Shown: positions 49,928-59,941 of the stretch, one piece after another
How positions within the stretch are numbered: the first letter of the stretch is position 1
Layout: each line of letters opens with the position of its first letter
Source: a bacterium
GTDB lineage: Bacteria > Zhuqueibacterota > Zhuqueibacteria > Residuimicrobiales > Krinioviventaceae
NCBI GenBank assembly: GCA_963674595.2
Contig: CAXXFV010000015.1
Span: 1 to 64,000, forward strand
Direction: 5' to 3'
Length of the DNA stretch: 64,000 bases
Program-made: the position numbers and the translations under genes
Notes under the pieces: model-generated
What the model was told of the DNA's origin: nothing
Database searches by the model: none
What the model saw: only the letters and a program-made list of their open reading frames with translations

Positions 49928-52900
49928 ATGTATAAGGAATTGTCAGGAAATATAAACTTACCTGCTGTTGAAAAGCAAATATTAGAATTTTGGGAAAAAC
50001 ACGACATTTTTCAGAAAAGCATTGATGAACGTGATGAAAATAAACCGTTTGTATTTTTTGAAGGCCCCCCTACGGCCAATGGAAGACCGGGCATTCATCA
50101 TGTTATCAGCCGAACGGTTAAAGATGCTGTCTGTAGGCTTAAAACCATGCAGGGATACCGTGTTGAACGTAAAGCCGGTTGGGATACACATGGATTGCCT
50201 GTAGAAATTGAAGTTGAAAAAATGCTCGGTCTTGATGGCAAAGACCAGGTTATTGATTATGGTGTTTCCGGATTTAATGAAAAATGCCGCCACAGTGTTT
50301 GGAATTACAAGCAGGAATGGGACGAGTTAACAAAACGTATCGCGTTTTGGGTTGATCTGGAACATCCTTATATTACTTATACAAATGATTATATAGAATC
50401 TGTCTGGTGGATTTTAAAAGAATTTTGGAAAAAGGGATTAATCTATCAGGGATTCAAAATTTTACCCTATTGCCCGCATTGCGAAACACCTTTGTCGAGT
50501 CACGAGGTTTCACAGGGTTACGAAGAAGTAAAAGACCCATCTGTTTATGTTAAAGCCAAAATTAAAAATAAAGAGAATACTTTTTTTCTGGTTTGGACAA
50601 CAACACCCTGGACCTTGATTTCAAACGTGGCTTTGGCCGTCCATCCGGATGTGGATTATGTTACCGTACTTTATAACGGTGAAAATCTCATTCTCGCCCG
50701 TGAACGGCTTTTGGTGCTGGACGGTGAATATGAGATTTTAGAGGAACACAAAGGTTCCGACCTCGTCAATATAGACTATGAACCTTTTTTCTCATTCATT
50801 ACTCCGGACAAAAAAGCTCATTTTACTGTTCCGGCTGATTTTGTTACCACAACAGATGGTTCCGGTATTGTTCACATAGCCCCTGCTTTTGGCGAAGACG
50901 ATTACCAGCTTGGATTAAAGAACAATCTGCCTGTTGTCCATCCTGTGGATAAAAGCGGTAAATTTATCGATGCCGTAACACAGTGGGCCGGCGTATTTGT
51001 TAAAGATGCCGATAAAAGCATTATCATTGATCTTAAAGAGCGAAATATTTTATATAAAAGTGAAAAAATAGAGCACAGTTATCCACATTGCTGGCGCTGT
51101 AAATCTCCGTTGCTCTATTATGCCCGTAAATCCTGGTATATAAAAACCACTGCCATAAAAGAAAAATTAATAGAAAATAATAAAAAGATAAACTGGTTTC
51201 CCAAAGAGGTCGGGCTTGGCCGTTTTGGTGAATGGTTGGAAAACAATATCGATTGGGCTTTATCACGTGATCGATTTTGGGGAACACCCTTACCTGTTTG
51301 GTTGTGTGAATCCTGTGAACATCAGGAATGCATAGGCAGTGTGGAAGAATTGGGAGAAAAATCCGGTCAGGATGTAAGCGAACTCGATTTGCATAAACCA
51401 CATATAGATGATATTCACTTAACATGTGAAAAGTGCGGCCAAAAAATGGTTCGTGTGCCTGAAGTGATTGACTGCTGGTTTGATTCAGGAAGTATGCCAT
51501 ATGCACAATGGCACTATCCTTTTGAAAATAAAGAAAAATTTGATAAAAGTTTCCCGGCTGATTTTATCTCTGAAGGTGTGGATCAGACACGTGGCTGGTT
51601 TTATTCCTTGCTGGTTATTGGTGCTTTTCTGTTTGATAAACCGGCCTATAAAACCTGTGTGTCCCTGGAACTGATTTTGGATAAAGACGGTCAAAAAATG
51701 TCCAAAACACGCGGCAATACGGTGGACCCCTTTGAGTTTTTAAATACACTGGGTGCGGATGCACTTCGCTGGTATTTATTAACGGTAAGTCCTCCCTGGC
51801 TGCCGACACGATTTGACTCGGAAGGTGTTAAGGAAGTGAACCGTAAATTCCTTGGTACGTTGCTAAACACCTATTCATTTTTTACCATGTATGCCAACAT
51901 TGACAAGTTTAAATATAATTCTGATGAACGTATCCCTGTTAAGGACCGTTCCGAACTGGACCGATGGATATGTTCAACACTGACTACATTAACAAAAACT
52001 GTTACAGAAAATCTTGAAAAGTTTGATCTGACAAAAGCAGCACGCAGTATCGTCTCTTTTGTTAATGATGATTTGTCAAATTGGTATGTTCGCCGGTCTC
52101 GCCGACGATTTTGGAAATCGGAAATGGGACAGGATAAATTATCTGCTTTCCAAACTATTTATGAATGTATGATAACTGTTGCAAAACTGATGGCCCCAAT
52201 GGCGCCATTTCTTTCGGAAGAGATCTATCGTAATTTGATTATGGCGGATAGTAAAAATCCGGCGAGTGTTCATCTGTGTTTTTATCCAAAAACAGGTGAA
52301 GGACTGGTAGATTTCAGTGATGAAAAACTTGAAGATCGAATGGACCTAGTAAGACGAATCGTTTTTATGGGTCGTTCCTTAAGAAATGAAACACAACTCA
52401 AAGTACGACAACCTTTAGCCAATATTATCATTGTTGCAAAAGATGAAAGACGTAAAGAATTGTTAAAAGGTATGGAAAACCTTATTAAAGAAGAATTGAA
52501 TGTTAAAGGTATAAAATTTGTCGATAATGAGAGCGAATTATTAGTAAAACGTACGGAACCTGTTTTTAAAAATCTCGGACCAAAGTTCGGTAAATCTGTA
52601 AAAAATGCGGCCGAGGCTATACGTTCATTTTCTGAAAAAGAAATTGAACGACTTTTAGATAACGGCAGTGAACATCTTGTAGTTGAAGGGCATGAAGCCC
52701 AAATTACTTTAGAAGATGTAAAAATAGTAACAGAAAATAAACCCGGACTGGTGGCTTCAACCGAGGGTGATCTTACTGTTGCCCTGGAAACCGAAATTTC
52801 CAAAGAACTGTTGTCCGAAGGACTGGCCAGAGAGTTTGTTAATCGTGTACAAAATATGCGTAAAGATGCCGGTTATGAGGTAACTGATCGAATTTTTATT

Positions 52901-53071
52901 ACAACGCAAGCGTCCACGAGTATGGCAGAAGCTATAGAAAGTTTAACTGAATATATCAAAAATGAAACACTGTGTGAAAAATTAACTGTTGGTAAAGTAG
53001 AAGGAGATTATAAAAAAGACTGGAAAATTGGGGATGAAATTGCAACTATTGGAATATCTAAAATAGACTGA
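49928..53071 (+). CDS. ileS: Isoleucine--tRNA ligase type 2
   Basis: EGPPTANGRPGIHH, GWDTHGLPVE, WTTTPWTL, SRDRFWGTP, DQTRGWF, KMSKT. Confidence 0.97.
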   Translation: MYKELSGNINLPAVEKQILEFWEKHDIFQKSIDERDENKPFVFFEGPPTANGRPGIHHVISRTVKDAVCRLKTMQGYRVERKAGWDTHGLPVEIEVEKMLGLDGKDQVIDYGVSGFNEKCRHSVWNYKQEWDELTKRIAFWVDLEHPYITYTNDYIESVWWILKEFWKKGLIYQGFKILPYCPHCETPLSSHEVSQGYEEVKDPSVYVKAKIKNKENTFFLVWTTTPWTLISNVALAVHPDVDYVTVLYNGENLILARERLLVLDGEYEILEEHKGSDLVNIDYEPFFSFITPDKKAHFTVPADFVTTTDGSGIVHIAPAFGEDDYQLGLKNNLPVVHPVDKSGKFIDAVTQWAGVFVKDADKSIIIDLKERNILYKSEKIEHSYPHCWRCKSPLLYYARKSWYIKTTAIKEKLIENNKKINWFPKEVGLGRFGEWLENNIDWALSRDRFWGTPLPVWLCESCEHQECIGSVEELGEKSGQDVSELDLHKPHIDDIHLTCEKCGQKMVRVPEVIDCWFDSGSMPYAQWHYPFENKEKFDKSFPADFISEGVDQTRGWFYSLLVIGAFLFDKPAYKTCVSLELILDKDGQKMSKTRGNTVDPFEFLNTLGADALRWYLLTVSPPWLPTRFDSEGVKEVNRKFLGTLLNTYSFFTMYANIDKFKYNSDERIPVKDRSELDRWICSTLTTLTKTVTENLEKFDLTKAARSIVSFVNDDLSNWYVRRSRRRFWKSEMGQDKLSAFQTIYECMITVAKLMAPMAPFLSEEIYRNLIMADSKNPASVHLCFYPKTGEGLVDFSDEKLEDRMDLVRRIVFMGRSLRNETQLKVRQPLANIIIVAKDERRKELLKGMENLIKEELNVKGIKFVDNESELLVKRTEPVFKNLGPKFGKSVKNAAEAIRSFSEKEIERLLDNGSEHLVVEGHEAQITLEDVKIVTENKPGLVASTEGDLTVALETEISKELLSEGLAREFVNRVQNMRKDAGYEVTDRIFITTQASTSMAEAIESLTEYIKNETLCEKLTVGKVEGDYKKDWKIGDEIATIGISKID

Positions 53072-53154
53072 TTGTTGTTGATTAACTAATAAAGTACAGG
53101 CAGTTATACGTAACTGGAATTGGTTTTATCCGCCTTTTACTTTTGGAGGTCTTG

Positions 53155-53532
53155 ATGACAAAAAAAGAGCTTGAACATTATAAACAAATTATCCTTAAAA
53201 AACGTGAAGAACTTTTAAAAGAGTTGGATCATTTAAAGGATAGCGGCCTTAATACTTCCGTTAAGGATGTTTCCGGTGATCATGGAGCATACGCTTTTCA
53301 TATGGCAGATCAGGGTACCGACACAATGGACCGTGAACAACAGTATATGTTTGCTTCCAGGGAAGGTAATTACCTTTATCATCTTGAAAGAGCACTGGAA
53401 CGTATTGAAGGCGGTGAATATGGTGTTTGCGTAACGTGTGGTAATGAAATTAATCCCGAGAGATTGGAAGCTGTACCACATGCTCGTTTGTGTATTAGTT
53501 GTAAATCTAAAGAGGAACTGACAAAAAGATAA
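53155..53532 (+). CDS. TraR/DksA C4-type zinc finger protein
   Basis: Coiled coil with HMADQGTD tip; YGVCVTCG...RLEAVPHARLCISCK. Confidence 0.9.
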   Translation: MTKKELEHYKQIILKKREELLKELDHLKDSGLNTSVKDVSGDHGAYAFHMADQGTDTMDREQQYMFASREGNYLYHLERALERIEGGEYGVCVTCGNEINPERLEAVPHARLCISCKSKEELTKR

Positions 53533-53561
53533 TTATTAAAATTTTGTGATTAGAGTTTTAT

Positions 53562-54116
53562 ATGAAACATGTTCGTATTTTGTGGGTTTCATTTTTCGTG
53601 CTGTTACTTGATCAAGTTACCAAGTATGCTATTAAGACCAATATGGCCTTACATGAATCAATTCCTGTTATTGGTGATTTTTTAAGATTAACATATGTAG
53701 AAAACTATGGTATGGCATTTGGTATCAGTTTTGGTGAAAACAAGTTTTTTACCGTGTTTGCTGTTATTGCAAGCGTTGCCATACTTGTTTATTTGTTTAA
53801 AATGAAATCTGAATTTTATCTGGCCCGTTTTTCCATGGCGCTGATTTTTGGTGGTGCGTTGGGTAATTTAATGGATCGTATTCTACGTGGAAGAGTTGTC
53901 GATTTTATTGATGGTGAATTTTTTAATATCCGAATACCATCTTTTCAATTTTTATTTTTAGATTTCCCCGGTTACAGAATGGATCGATGGCCTGTATATA
54001 ATGTTGCAGATATTGCTGTTACGGTCGGTATGGTTTTATTGATGATATTTATGTTTTTATTTGATAATTATGAACAAGAAACCGAATTAACCGAAGAGAC
54101 AGAAATGATACGATAA
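53562..54116 (+). CDS. lspA: Lipoprotein signal peptidase
   Basis: DQVTK, NYGMAFG, GGALGNLMDR, VVDFI, YNVAD. Confidence 0.95.
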   Translation: MKHVRILWVSFFVLLLDQVTKYAIKTNMALHESIPVIGDFLRLTYVENYGMAFGISFGENKFFTVFAVIASVAILVYLFKMKSEFYLARFSMALIFGGALGNLMDRILRGRVVDFIDGEFFNIRIPSFQFLFLDFPGYRMDRWPVYNVADIAVTVGMVLLMIFMFLFDNYEQETELTEETEMIR

Positions 54117-54147
54117 AAAAGGCCGGAGTTTTTCCGGCCTTTTTTTT
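54115..54147. terminator. Bidirectional intrinsic terminator
   Basis: A6-GGCCGGA...TCCGGCC-T8 between convergent lspA and the GH172 gene. Confidence 0.85.
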
Positions 54148-55282
54148 ATTTAACTTCAAGATAATCACTATCTGGTAAATCAGGGAATTTTGCATGAGGT
54201 TCTTTTTGGTACCAAAATGCAACAGAAGAAATGTCATCCTGCAATGGTAAATACCGTCCTTCAGAACGCCAGCCAAGAGCCTGCATCGTCACTTTGATGT
54301 CCTTTTCAAACCGGATCGGGTCCATAACGTGCCATCGATAAAGCCCAAAACGTTGTTGTGAGTTATAAACACCATCAGGTTTAATGACCTGCGGCATACC
54401 GGCATAGAGGGTTGTATAGTCCTGGTATTGGTTGGTTTCACTGTTGATAAATCCATAGGAACCACAAAAATAATCTTCAGTTCCTGTACCGCATATTGTA
54501 GGAAATTTTTTATCTCCATCCATAAAAAATTTGATTTCACCTTCGCCCCACCATCCGGTGTTGTTTACTCCCCATGCCATATAGGTTCCCACATATTGGC
54601 CCCAGCCTTTTACACCATCCAGAATTGTATAGACTGATTTATAAGGTAATGGATTTTGTCGTCTGAACTGTGCATGAAAATAAGCGGCATCATCAGGAAT
54701 GTCTGTTAGAGTATAATTAATTTGGTAATAGAGCCTCATCTCTTTTTCACCGATATTTTCCATGGTGATTTTACATGATTTTTTAAAGGGCATGACCCAA
54801 TAACAGTTGAAAGCACTGCCTGGATTTACACATACGGTAGCTGAAGAAACCTGGCAATATTTATTCCAACCACAAGCGAAAAAATCTCCTACAGGAACTT
54901 CAACAGAGGGGTTTTCCTCTCCGTCCCAATAGAATCGTAATATGGAATATCTCCAATGTCCGGTTGGCGTCATCCAAATTTGTTGAATAGCGCCGGAACC
55001 TTCAATTTCTGCAAGTACAAAAGTTTGGTGTGATTCTATTTTTACGGAAGGTGATACTTTCCAGCCCTGCCCCAGTTCCCGGGCGGCGTGGGCACCGGTA
55101 CCCTCTGTTGCCATTCCGGCTTTGCCTTTTTCACCGGTAAAGTTTTCAGGACTTATGGAGCGTGTTTTAGCATGGGATAACCTTGATAAATTTCCAAGGT
55201 TTAAATAGAGCCCATTAAAATCTGCTTGTTGTGAAAATGCGAGTGTTGACACAAAAAGAATAATTGAACATATAACTTTCAT
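54146..55282 (-). CDS. DUF2961 / GH172 glycoside hydrolase with signal peptide
   Basis: SISPENFTGEKGKAG, WWGEGEIKF, GTGTEDYF, YRWH. Confidence 0.9.
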   Translation of the reverse strand: MKVICSIILFVSTLAFSQQADFNGLYLNLGNLSRLSHAKTRSISPENFTGEKGKAGMATEGTGAHAARELGQGWKVSPSVKIESHQTFVLAEIEGSGAIQQIWMTPTGHWRYSILRFYWDGEENPSVEVPVGDFFACGWNKYCQVSSATVCVNPGSAFNCYWVMPFKKSCKITMENIGEKEMRLYYQINYTLTDIPDDAAYFHAQFRRQNPLPYKSVYTILDGVKGWGQYVGTYMAWGVNNTGWWGEGEIKFFMDGDKKFPTICGTGTEDYFCGSYGFINSETNQYQDYTTLYAGMPQVIKPDGVYNSQQRFGLYRWHVMDPIRFEKDIKVTMQALGWRSEGRYLPLQDDISSVAFWYQKEPHAKFPDLPDSDYLEVK

Positions 55283-55323
55283 GCTGGCTTCCTCCGATTT
55301 AAATTATATTTAATTAGTGATTA

Positions 55324-55352
55324 AATATGATTATTTTGAGGAATTAGTGCAA
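55324..55352 (-). promoter_or_regulatory. sigma70-type promoter of the GH172 gene
   Basis: TTGCAC-N17-CATATT. Confidence 0.4.
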
Positions 55353-55370
55353 GCAGTTTTTAAAAAAAGA

Positions 55371-58300
55371 TTAACGCGCTATAACAAGTTTTCCTGTGGC
55401 TGATGTAGACTTGCCATTCATTAATGACTTGGCATGTACTTTATAGAGGTAAACACCGTTAGACAGTTGATCTCCATCCTGATCTGTTCCATACCATGTT
55501 TCCGGTATTGAATTGTAACCGGTTTCTGCTATAAAGGAATCGAATTGTTTAATTAAACGACCTGCAATTGAATAGAGTTTTAGTGTTATTTCTGCCGGTT
55601 GGCTCACTTGAAAACTAAACAAGGTCGATTTTTGCATTGGATTGGGATAATTAAGGACATTAGACAATTCTATATCTTTATCGGATACAACTGTAAAATC
55701 ACTTTCTATTGTGGAAGAATTGTTTGAATTGTCCCATGCTTTAATTTGAATTTTGTGTGATCCCTCTTCAAGGTTATAGAAAGGATATTTAACTGTTCCG
55801 GCCGTATAACTTCCTTCATGATATTCAAAATAATCTGTAATATCTTTTTGGTTTGAGGTATTATCATCAAGAGTCATAGTAATTTGATGCCCAATATCTC
55901 CGGCTGTATTGATGCCGCTTGATGAGTCAGCCAGTTCGACATATAATGTTGCGTTTGGCGAAATATAATCTCCCGGATTAAAGTTTTCGCCAAAATTTAT
56001 TTGCATCGACGGACCTTCATGGTCTACAAGGTTTACGGCTGTTCCGCCGACACTTAGGCTTTTTCTCAGGCCGCTTCCGTCTTGTGAGTCGCCCCAAAAG
56101 TAGAGGCTTATTCTGCCGTCATCGCCGCCATAGGAGATGTCTTTGGGAACAATAAAACTTAGATTAAACCAGCCGCCATTAATTTGAGTTTTGCCTTTAA
56201 AAACAGTATTTCCCGGCAAATAATAACTGATTTGCGAATTATTGGCAAGTTTGTATAGAGTCTTTTTTCTTGAATCGTAAACGCGAACCAAAACATCCCC
56301 TGAAAGGTCCTGCCATAATTGATTATTTTTTTCAATATGGCCTTTAATTGTCATTTTACTCAATGCCTGAAGGCTGTCAGGAGAAATTTCATCGATAAAC
56401 GCTTTGTAATGCGGCGCGCCTAAACGCATGGCCGGATCACCAATCACGATATATTTTTCATTATTTGTTCTACTGTTAAGATATTTTTTAGTCAGCATGA
56501 CCGCGTTACCGATTCGTAAAGTGGTACCTGTAGTTGAAAAATTTATAAACAGGTTGTCATACAATTTATTGTTAAATTGAGCATTGGGGCTTGAATAGGC
56601 AATCCGCGAAGAAGAAATCATACCTACAGCAGCCCGATTGGCTGTTGCCATAATCCGTTCGGCAAGGCTCTGTCTATCAGGTTGGTCCCAAAATGCAAAT
56701 TCACAGGTCGCAGCAATCCACAGGGGCAGTTTGTTTTGGTTTTGTATTCTGTCAACATCGGGATCACCGTCTAAAACACGTTCATGGGACCAAAGTTCAT
56801 CATTTCCATGTCCAATATAATTAATAACAAGTGTACCTTTGTTTAGCCGGTCGATAATAGCATCTGTTGCTAGGGGTTTGGTAACGCCTGATACGCTGGC
56901 TGTTCGAACAGCCGGATATTCAACCAAATATATTTTATCAACATTTAACAAACCCGGCACATGATTTTCTGCCAAAGTTTCTGCCTGCGTTGTGTGATAG
57001 GTTTCTGAGCCGACACCACCTTCAGCCAATTCATCATCTGCAACGATGGTTATTGTTTTTCGCCAGTCCCCATAATCCGGATTCGTTTCATACTCTTTAA
57101 TTTTTTTTATCATATTATGAGCTTGCTCAACGTTTTGGGCTGTTATTCGGCCAATGCTCATTTGCATTCCACTGGCAGTTCCTTTGGTGTATGTATACCA
57201 GTCGTCGGTCGTTCGGGAACCGTCTAAAGTACGAGAGTCTACTTCATATGGAATGATAAAATTTGGGGTATTATGGCCCAGGATATTTTTGTAATCATAA
57301 TGACCATCACCCAGTAACAAAACATATTGAGGATTTCCCCAATTGTCTTCTGCGTAGCATAAAAAGTCACGGATTCCGGATGGGTCGCTTATTCCCCAGG
57401 AAAACTGGTTGATGACATCAGAAATTTTAACGGTTTCGGTTTCCAGTCTGTCACTCATGTCCCAGTTTTCACGAAGGCTTTCCAGTTCTTTTGCCGATTC
57501 GTAAAAATCATCATAGGTAATTATAATATAATCAACGTTTTTAGTTTGACGCAGATTTGTAATATCAACGGCGGTAATTTCATCAACACTTTTGTATGCA
57601 GCCGGTGTTACGGCTATATATTGTTTATATTGGTTGCCGGAAACAGCGTCTGCAAAGCGTATTTTTGAGTTTTGAATTTCCGCATCTGTAATCAGCATAA
57701 TATTATATATATCTGTTATATCATAAGCGGTAATATCGTTACTGTTTAAGTTTGTCACTTCGTATAAAGCCGTTCCACTCCACGATGGTGACGTGAAAAT
57801 AAGCTGATCGTTGACAGCTTTGAATGCCCGTTCGTATTCCACTTCGAGCCAGTTTATATAGGCGAATTGTATTTCACTGGAAGTATTATACTTGACTTCA
57901 ATGGTATTAATACCGTCAACCAGAACACCTGCTGTGGTAAAGTCTGTTTCCTTAAGCAAATAACTCTTAGTGGCCCCGTCCTGGCTAATTTCTCCGATAA
58001 AGTTACCATTAACTGAACATGAGAACTTTTGCGCACCTGCTGAAGCCGATGCCATAGAAAAACGAAACGTTGTTGTTTCTGCAGGAATAGCACCGTTTAA
58101 ATTAAATGTTTGGGTAAATGTGTTTTTATCTACTGCCAGCTCATATCCAAGCCATTCAATACCTGATTTGAAAAAATTATGTTTTTCTTCTTCTACAAAC
58201 GCCATATCTTTAAAATGTGTTTCAGGCAGCAATCCGGCTGTTGATTGTGAAGATTTATTACTAATACGTTTTCCGGTTTGTTTGCCAAAGGTAAGCCAAT

Positions 58301-59384
58301 AAACATTTTCATAACTATAGTGGTGTATATAGTGATGGATTTCACGGGTTGAGTTATTTAGTTCTTTCCCTTCCAAAGAACGACCGTAGAATAATATATA
58401 ATCATTTGCATCCAGTTTATTATCATCACCGCCAAAAACTGAAATCGCGTTTTCGATAAGAGTGTCTGATCTAAAAGTATATGGGTTTTGCGGTAATTCT
58501 CTTCCACCATTATTAAAAATTTGTATTGTAGATGGATTTACAGATGCTATCGGAACACCGGCATCTGAAAGTGCTTGTCCGGTAATTTTATAAATTCCTT
58601 CTTTGCCGCCTTGTCCGTCTCCACGAATGATAATTTTGTACCAGTTTTCTCCTGCAAAGGTTTGAACAGATGGTTTGCGCAGCACAGATTTTCGTGAAGG
58701 AATACGCCATTGTTTTGCCTGTTCATAGTTTAAAAGCATATATTGGTACAACTCTTCATCTTTGGCGGGTTTGTAATTATTTTCGGATTTTACAGAGCTG
58801 CTAAAGGTAATTTGCACGGTCATGCTTGTATATTTTCGCAGGGTTTTAGTCTCTGAATTATATTCCAAAGGCTGAAATAACAGGGATATTGTTTGTTGAG
58901 AACGGAAAAACTGTGGTTCACTTGCTTCTACAATATCATGGTTTGTAGTTATAGGCACGTTTTGTGTAGAATATTGTTCAACATACATATTTTCATTTTT
59001 GACCATTTCCGGCTGGACCGCCAGATTGATGTTTTTTAATATTTCCACTTTACTATCGACCAGTTGGGTTGAAATTGTGGCACCTTGCGGAATTCCTATT
59101 GTCACCTGGCGTTGTGGAATATCATATTGCCCGGCAATCCCTGATGAGGACGAGTGTAAAAAAGCAAACCGCTGCATTGTTGTATTATTTGTTTGAATTG
59201 AATCAATTTTCCAATTTGTTGGTTCAAAGGAAATGGTTAATTGATTGTCGGAACTGGAGAGAATTTTAAAATTTTTAAAAGCGTCCTGACTAAATGCCGG
59301 TAATGAAATAAGTAGAACTGAAAAAATTAGAAAGGAATTAAATTTTTTCCAAATCATAGCGAATCCATTTTTTATAGTTTTCAA
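55371..59384 (-). CDS. porU: Type IX secretion sortase PorU (C25 gingipain family)
   Basis: Signal peptide, C25 propeptide, YVLLLGDGHYDY, DDWY, INYIGHG (His), ATCEF (Cys), GDPA, SGINTAGDIGH and a C-terminal NYPNPM domain. Confidence 0.9.
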   Translation of the reverse strand: MKTIKNGFAMIWKKFNSFLIFSVLLISLPAFSQDAFKNFKILSSSDNQLTISFEPTNWKIDSIQTNNTTMQRFAFLHSSSSGIAGQYDIPQRQVTIGIPQGATISTQLVDSKVEILKNINLAVQPEMVKNENMYVEQYSTQNVPITTNHDIVEASEPQFFRSQQTISLLFQPLEYNSETKTLRKYTSMTVQITFSSSVKSENNYKPAKDEELYQYMLLNYEQAKQWRIPSRKSVLRKPSVQTFAGENWYKIIIRGDGQGGKEGIYKITGQALSDAGVPIASVNPSTIQIFNNGGRELPQNPYTFRSDTLIENAISVFGGDDNKLDANDYILFYGRSLEGKELNNSTREIHHYIHHYSYENVYWLTFGKQTGKRISNKSSQSTAGLLPETHFKDMAFVEEEKHNFFKSGIEWLGYELAVDKNTFTQTFNLNGAIPAETTTFRFSMASASAGAQKFSCSVNGNFIGEISQDGATKSYLLKETDFTTAGVLVDGINTIEVKYNTSSEIQFAYINWLEVEYERAFKAVNDQLIFTSPSWSGTALYEVTNLNSNDITAYDITDIYNIMLITDAEIQNSKIRFADAVSGNQYKQYIAVTPAAYKSVDEITAVDITNLRQTKNVDYIIITYDDFYESAKELESLRENWDMSDRLETETVKISDVINQFSWGISDPSGIRDFLCYAEDNWGNPQYVLLLGDGHYDYKNILGHNTPNFIIPYEVDSRTLDGSRTTDDWYTYTKGTASGMQMSIGRITAQNVEQAHNMIKKIKEYETNPDYGDWRKTITIVADDELAEGGVGSETYHTTQAETLAENHVPGLLNVDKIYLVEYPAVRTASVSGVTKPLATDAIIDRLNKGTLVINYIGHGNDELWSHERVLDGDPDVDRIQNQNKLPLWIAATCEFAFWDQPDRQSLAERIMATANRAAVGMISSSRIAYSSPNAQFNNKLYDNLFINFSTTGTTLRIGNAVMLTKKYLNSRTNNEKYIVIGDPAMRLGAPHYKAFIDEISPDSLQALSKMTIKGHIEKNNQLWQDLSGDVLVRVYDSRKKTLYKLANNSQISYYLPGNTVFKGKTQINGGWFNLSFIVPKDISYGGDDGRISLYFWGDSQDGSGLRKSLSVGGTAVNLVDHEGPSMQINFGENFNPGDYISPNATLYVELADSSSGINTAGDIGHQITMTLDDNTSNQKDITDYFEYHEGSYTAGTVKYPFYNLEEGSHKIQIKAWDNSNNSSTIESDFTVVSDKDIELSNVLNYPNPMQKSTLFSFQVSQPAEITLKLYSIAGRLIKQFDSFIAETGYNSIPETWYGTDQDGDQLSNGVYLYKVHAKSLMNGKSTSATGKLVIAR

Positions 59385-59800
59385 GCCTGGTCTTCAATAT
59401 TTATAATTTCTGCAAGATATCTATGTTTTTTATTCCAATATGTATCATAAGTTTTTATAATGATAAAGGACAAGCCTAATCCTATTAGGCCGCCTATAAT
59501 CCCGGGGCCCTCACTTTCCGGTTTTGTTGGTAAAAGATGGTTTCCCAGAATATAACCGATGATTAATGCTATTAAGGGAAAAATAAATATTAAAAACGAA
59601 TGGCCCATTATTTTTGATGGTTTGATTTCAATATTTACATGATCACCAATTTGCGCATCTTTGTCGTTAAAAGCGTCGATCTCCATAACACCACCTTCAG
59701 CCATTCGGCAGGCGGTACAACCGTCACATTTTGCACCCCGTTGCATTTTAATAACAGCAATATCACCCTCTATTGATTTCACAATACCTGCTTCTTGCAT
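59381..59800 (-). CDS. RseC/MucC-family protein
   Basis: CDGCTAC motif, GDHV, two TM helices; AAGGAG RBS. Confidence 0.88.
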   Translation of the reverse strand: MQEAGIVKSIEGDIAVIKMQRGAKCDGCTACRMAEGGVMEIDAFNDKDAQIGDHVNIEIKPSKIMGHSFLIFIFPLIALIIGYILGNHLLPTKPESEGPGIIGGLIGLGLSFIIIKTYDTYWNKKHRYLAEIINIEDQA

Positions 59801-59941
59801 CATTACTCCTTTAAAAAGAAAAAGATACATTATTCAGGAAAAAGAAGCAATTGAATTATTATCAATACTCTGTTAACATTAAAAGAGACTCGTTTGTTCC
59901 ATTCCGGGATTTTGTATTGTGTTGATTGTTAGAAATATGAG

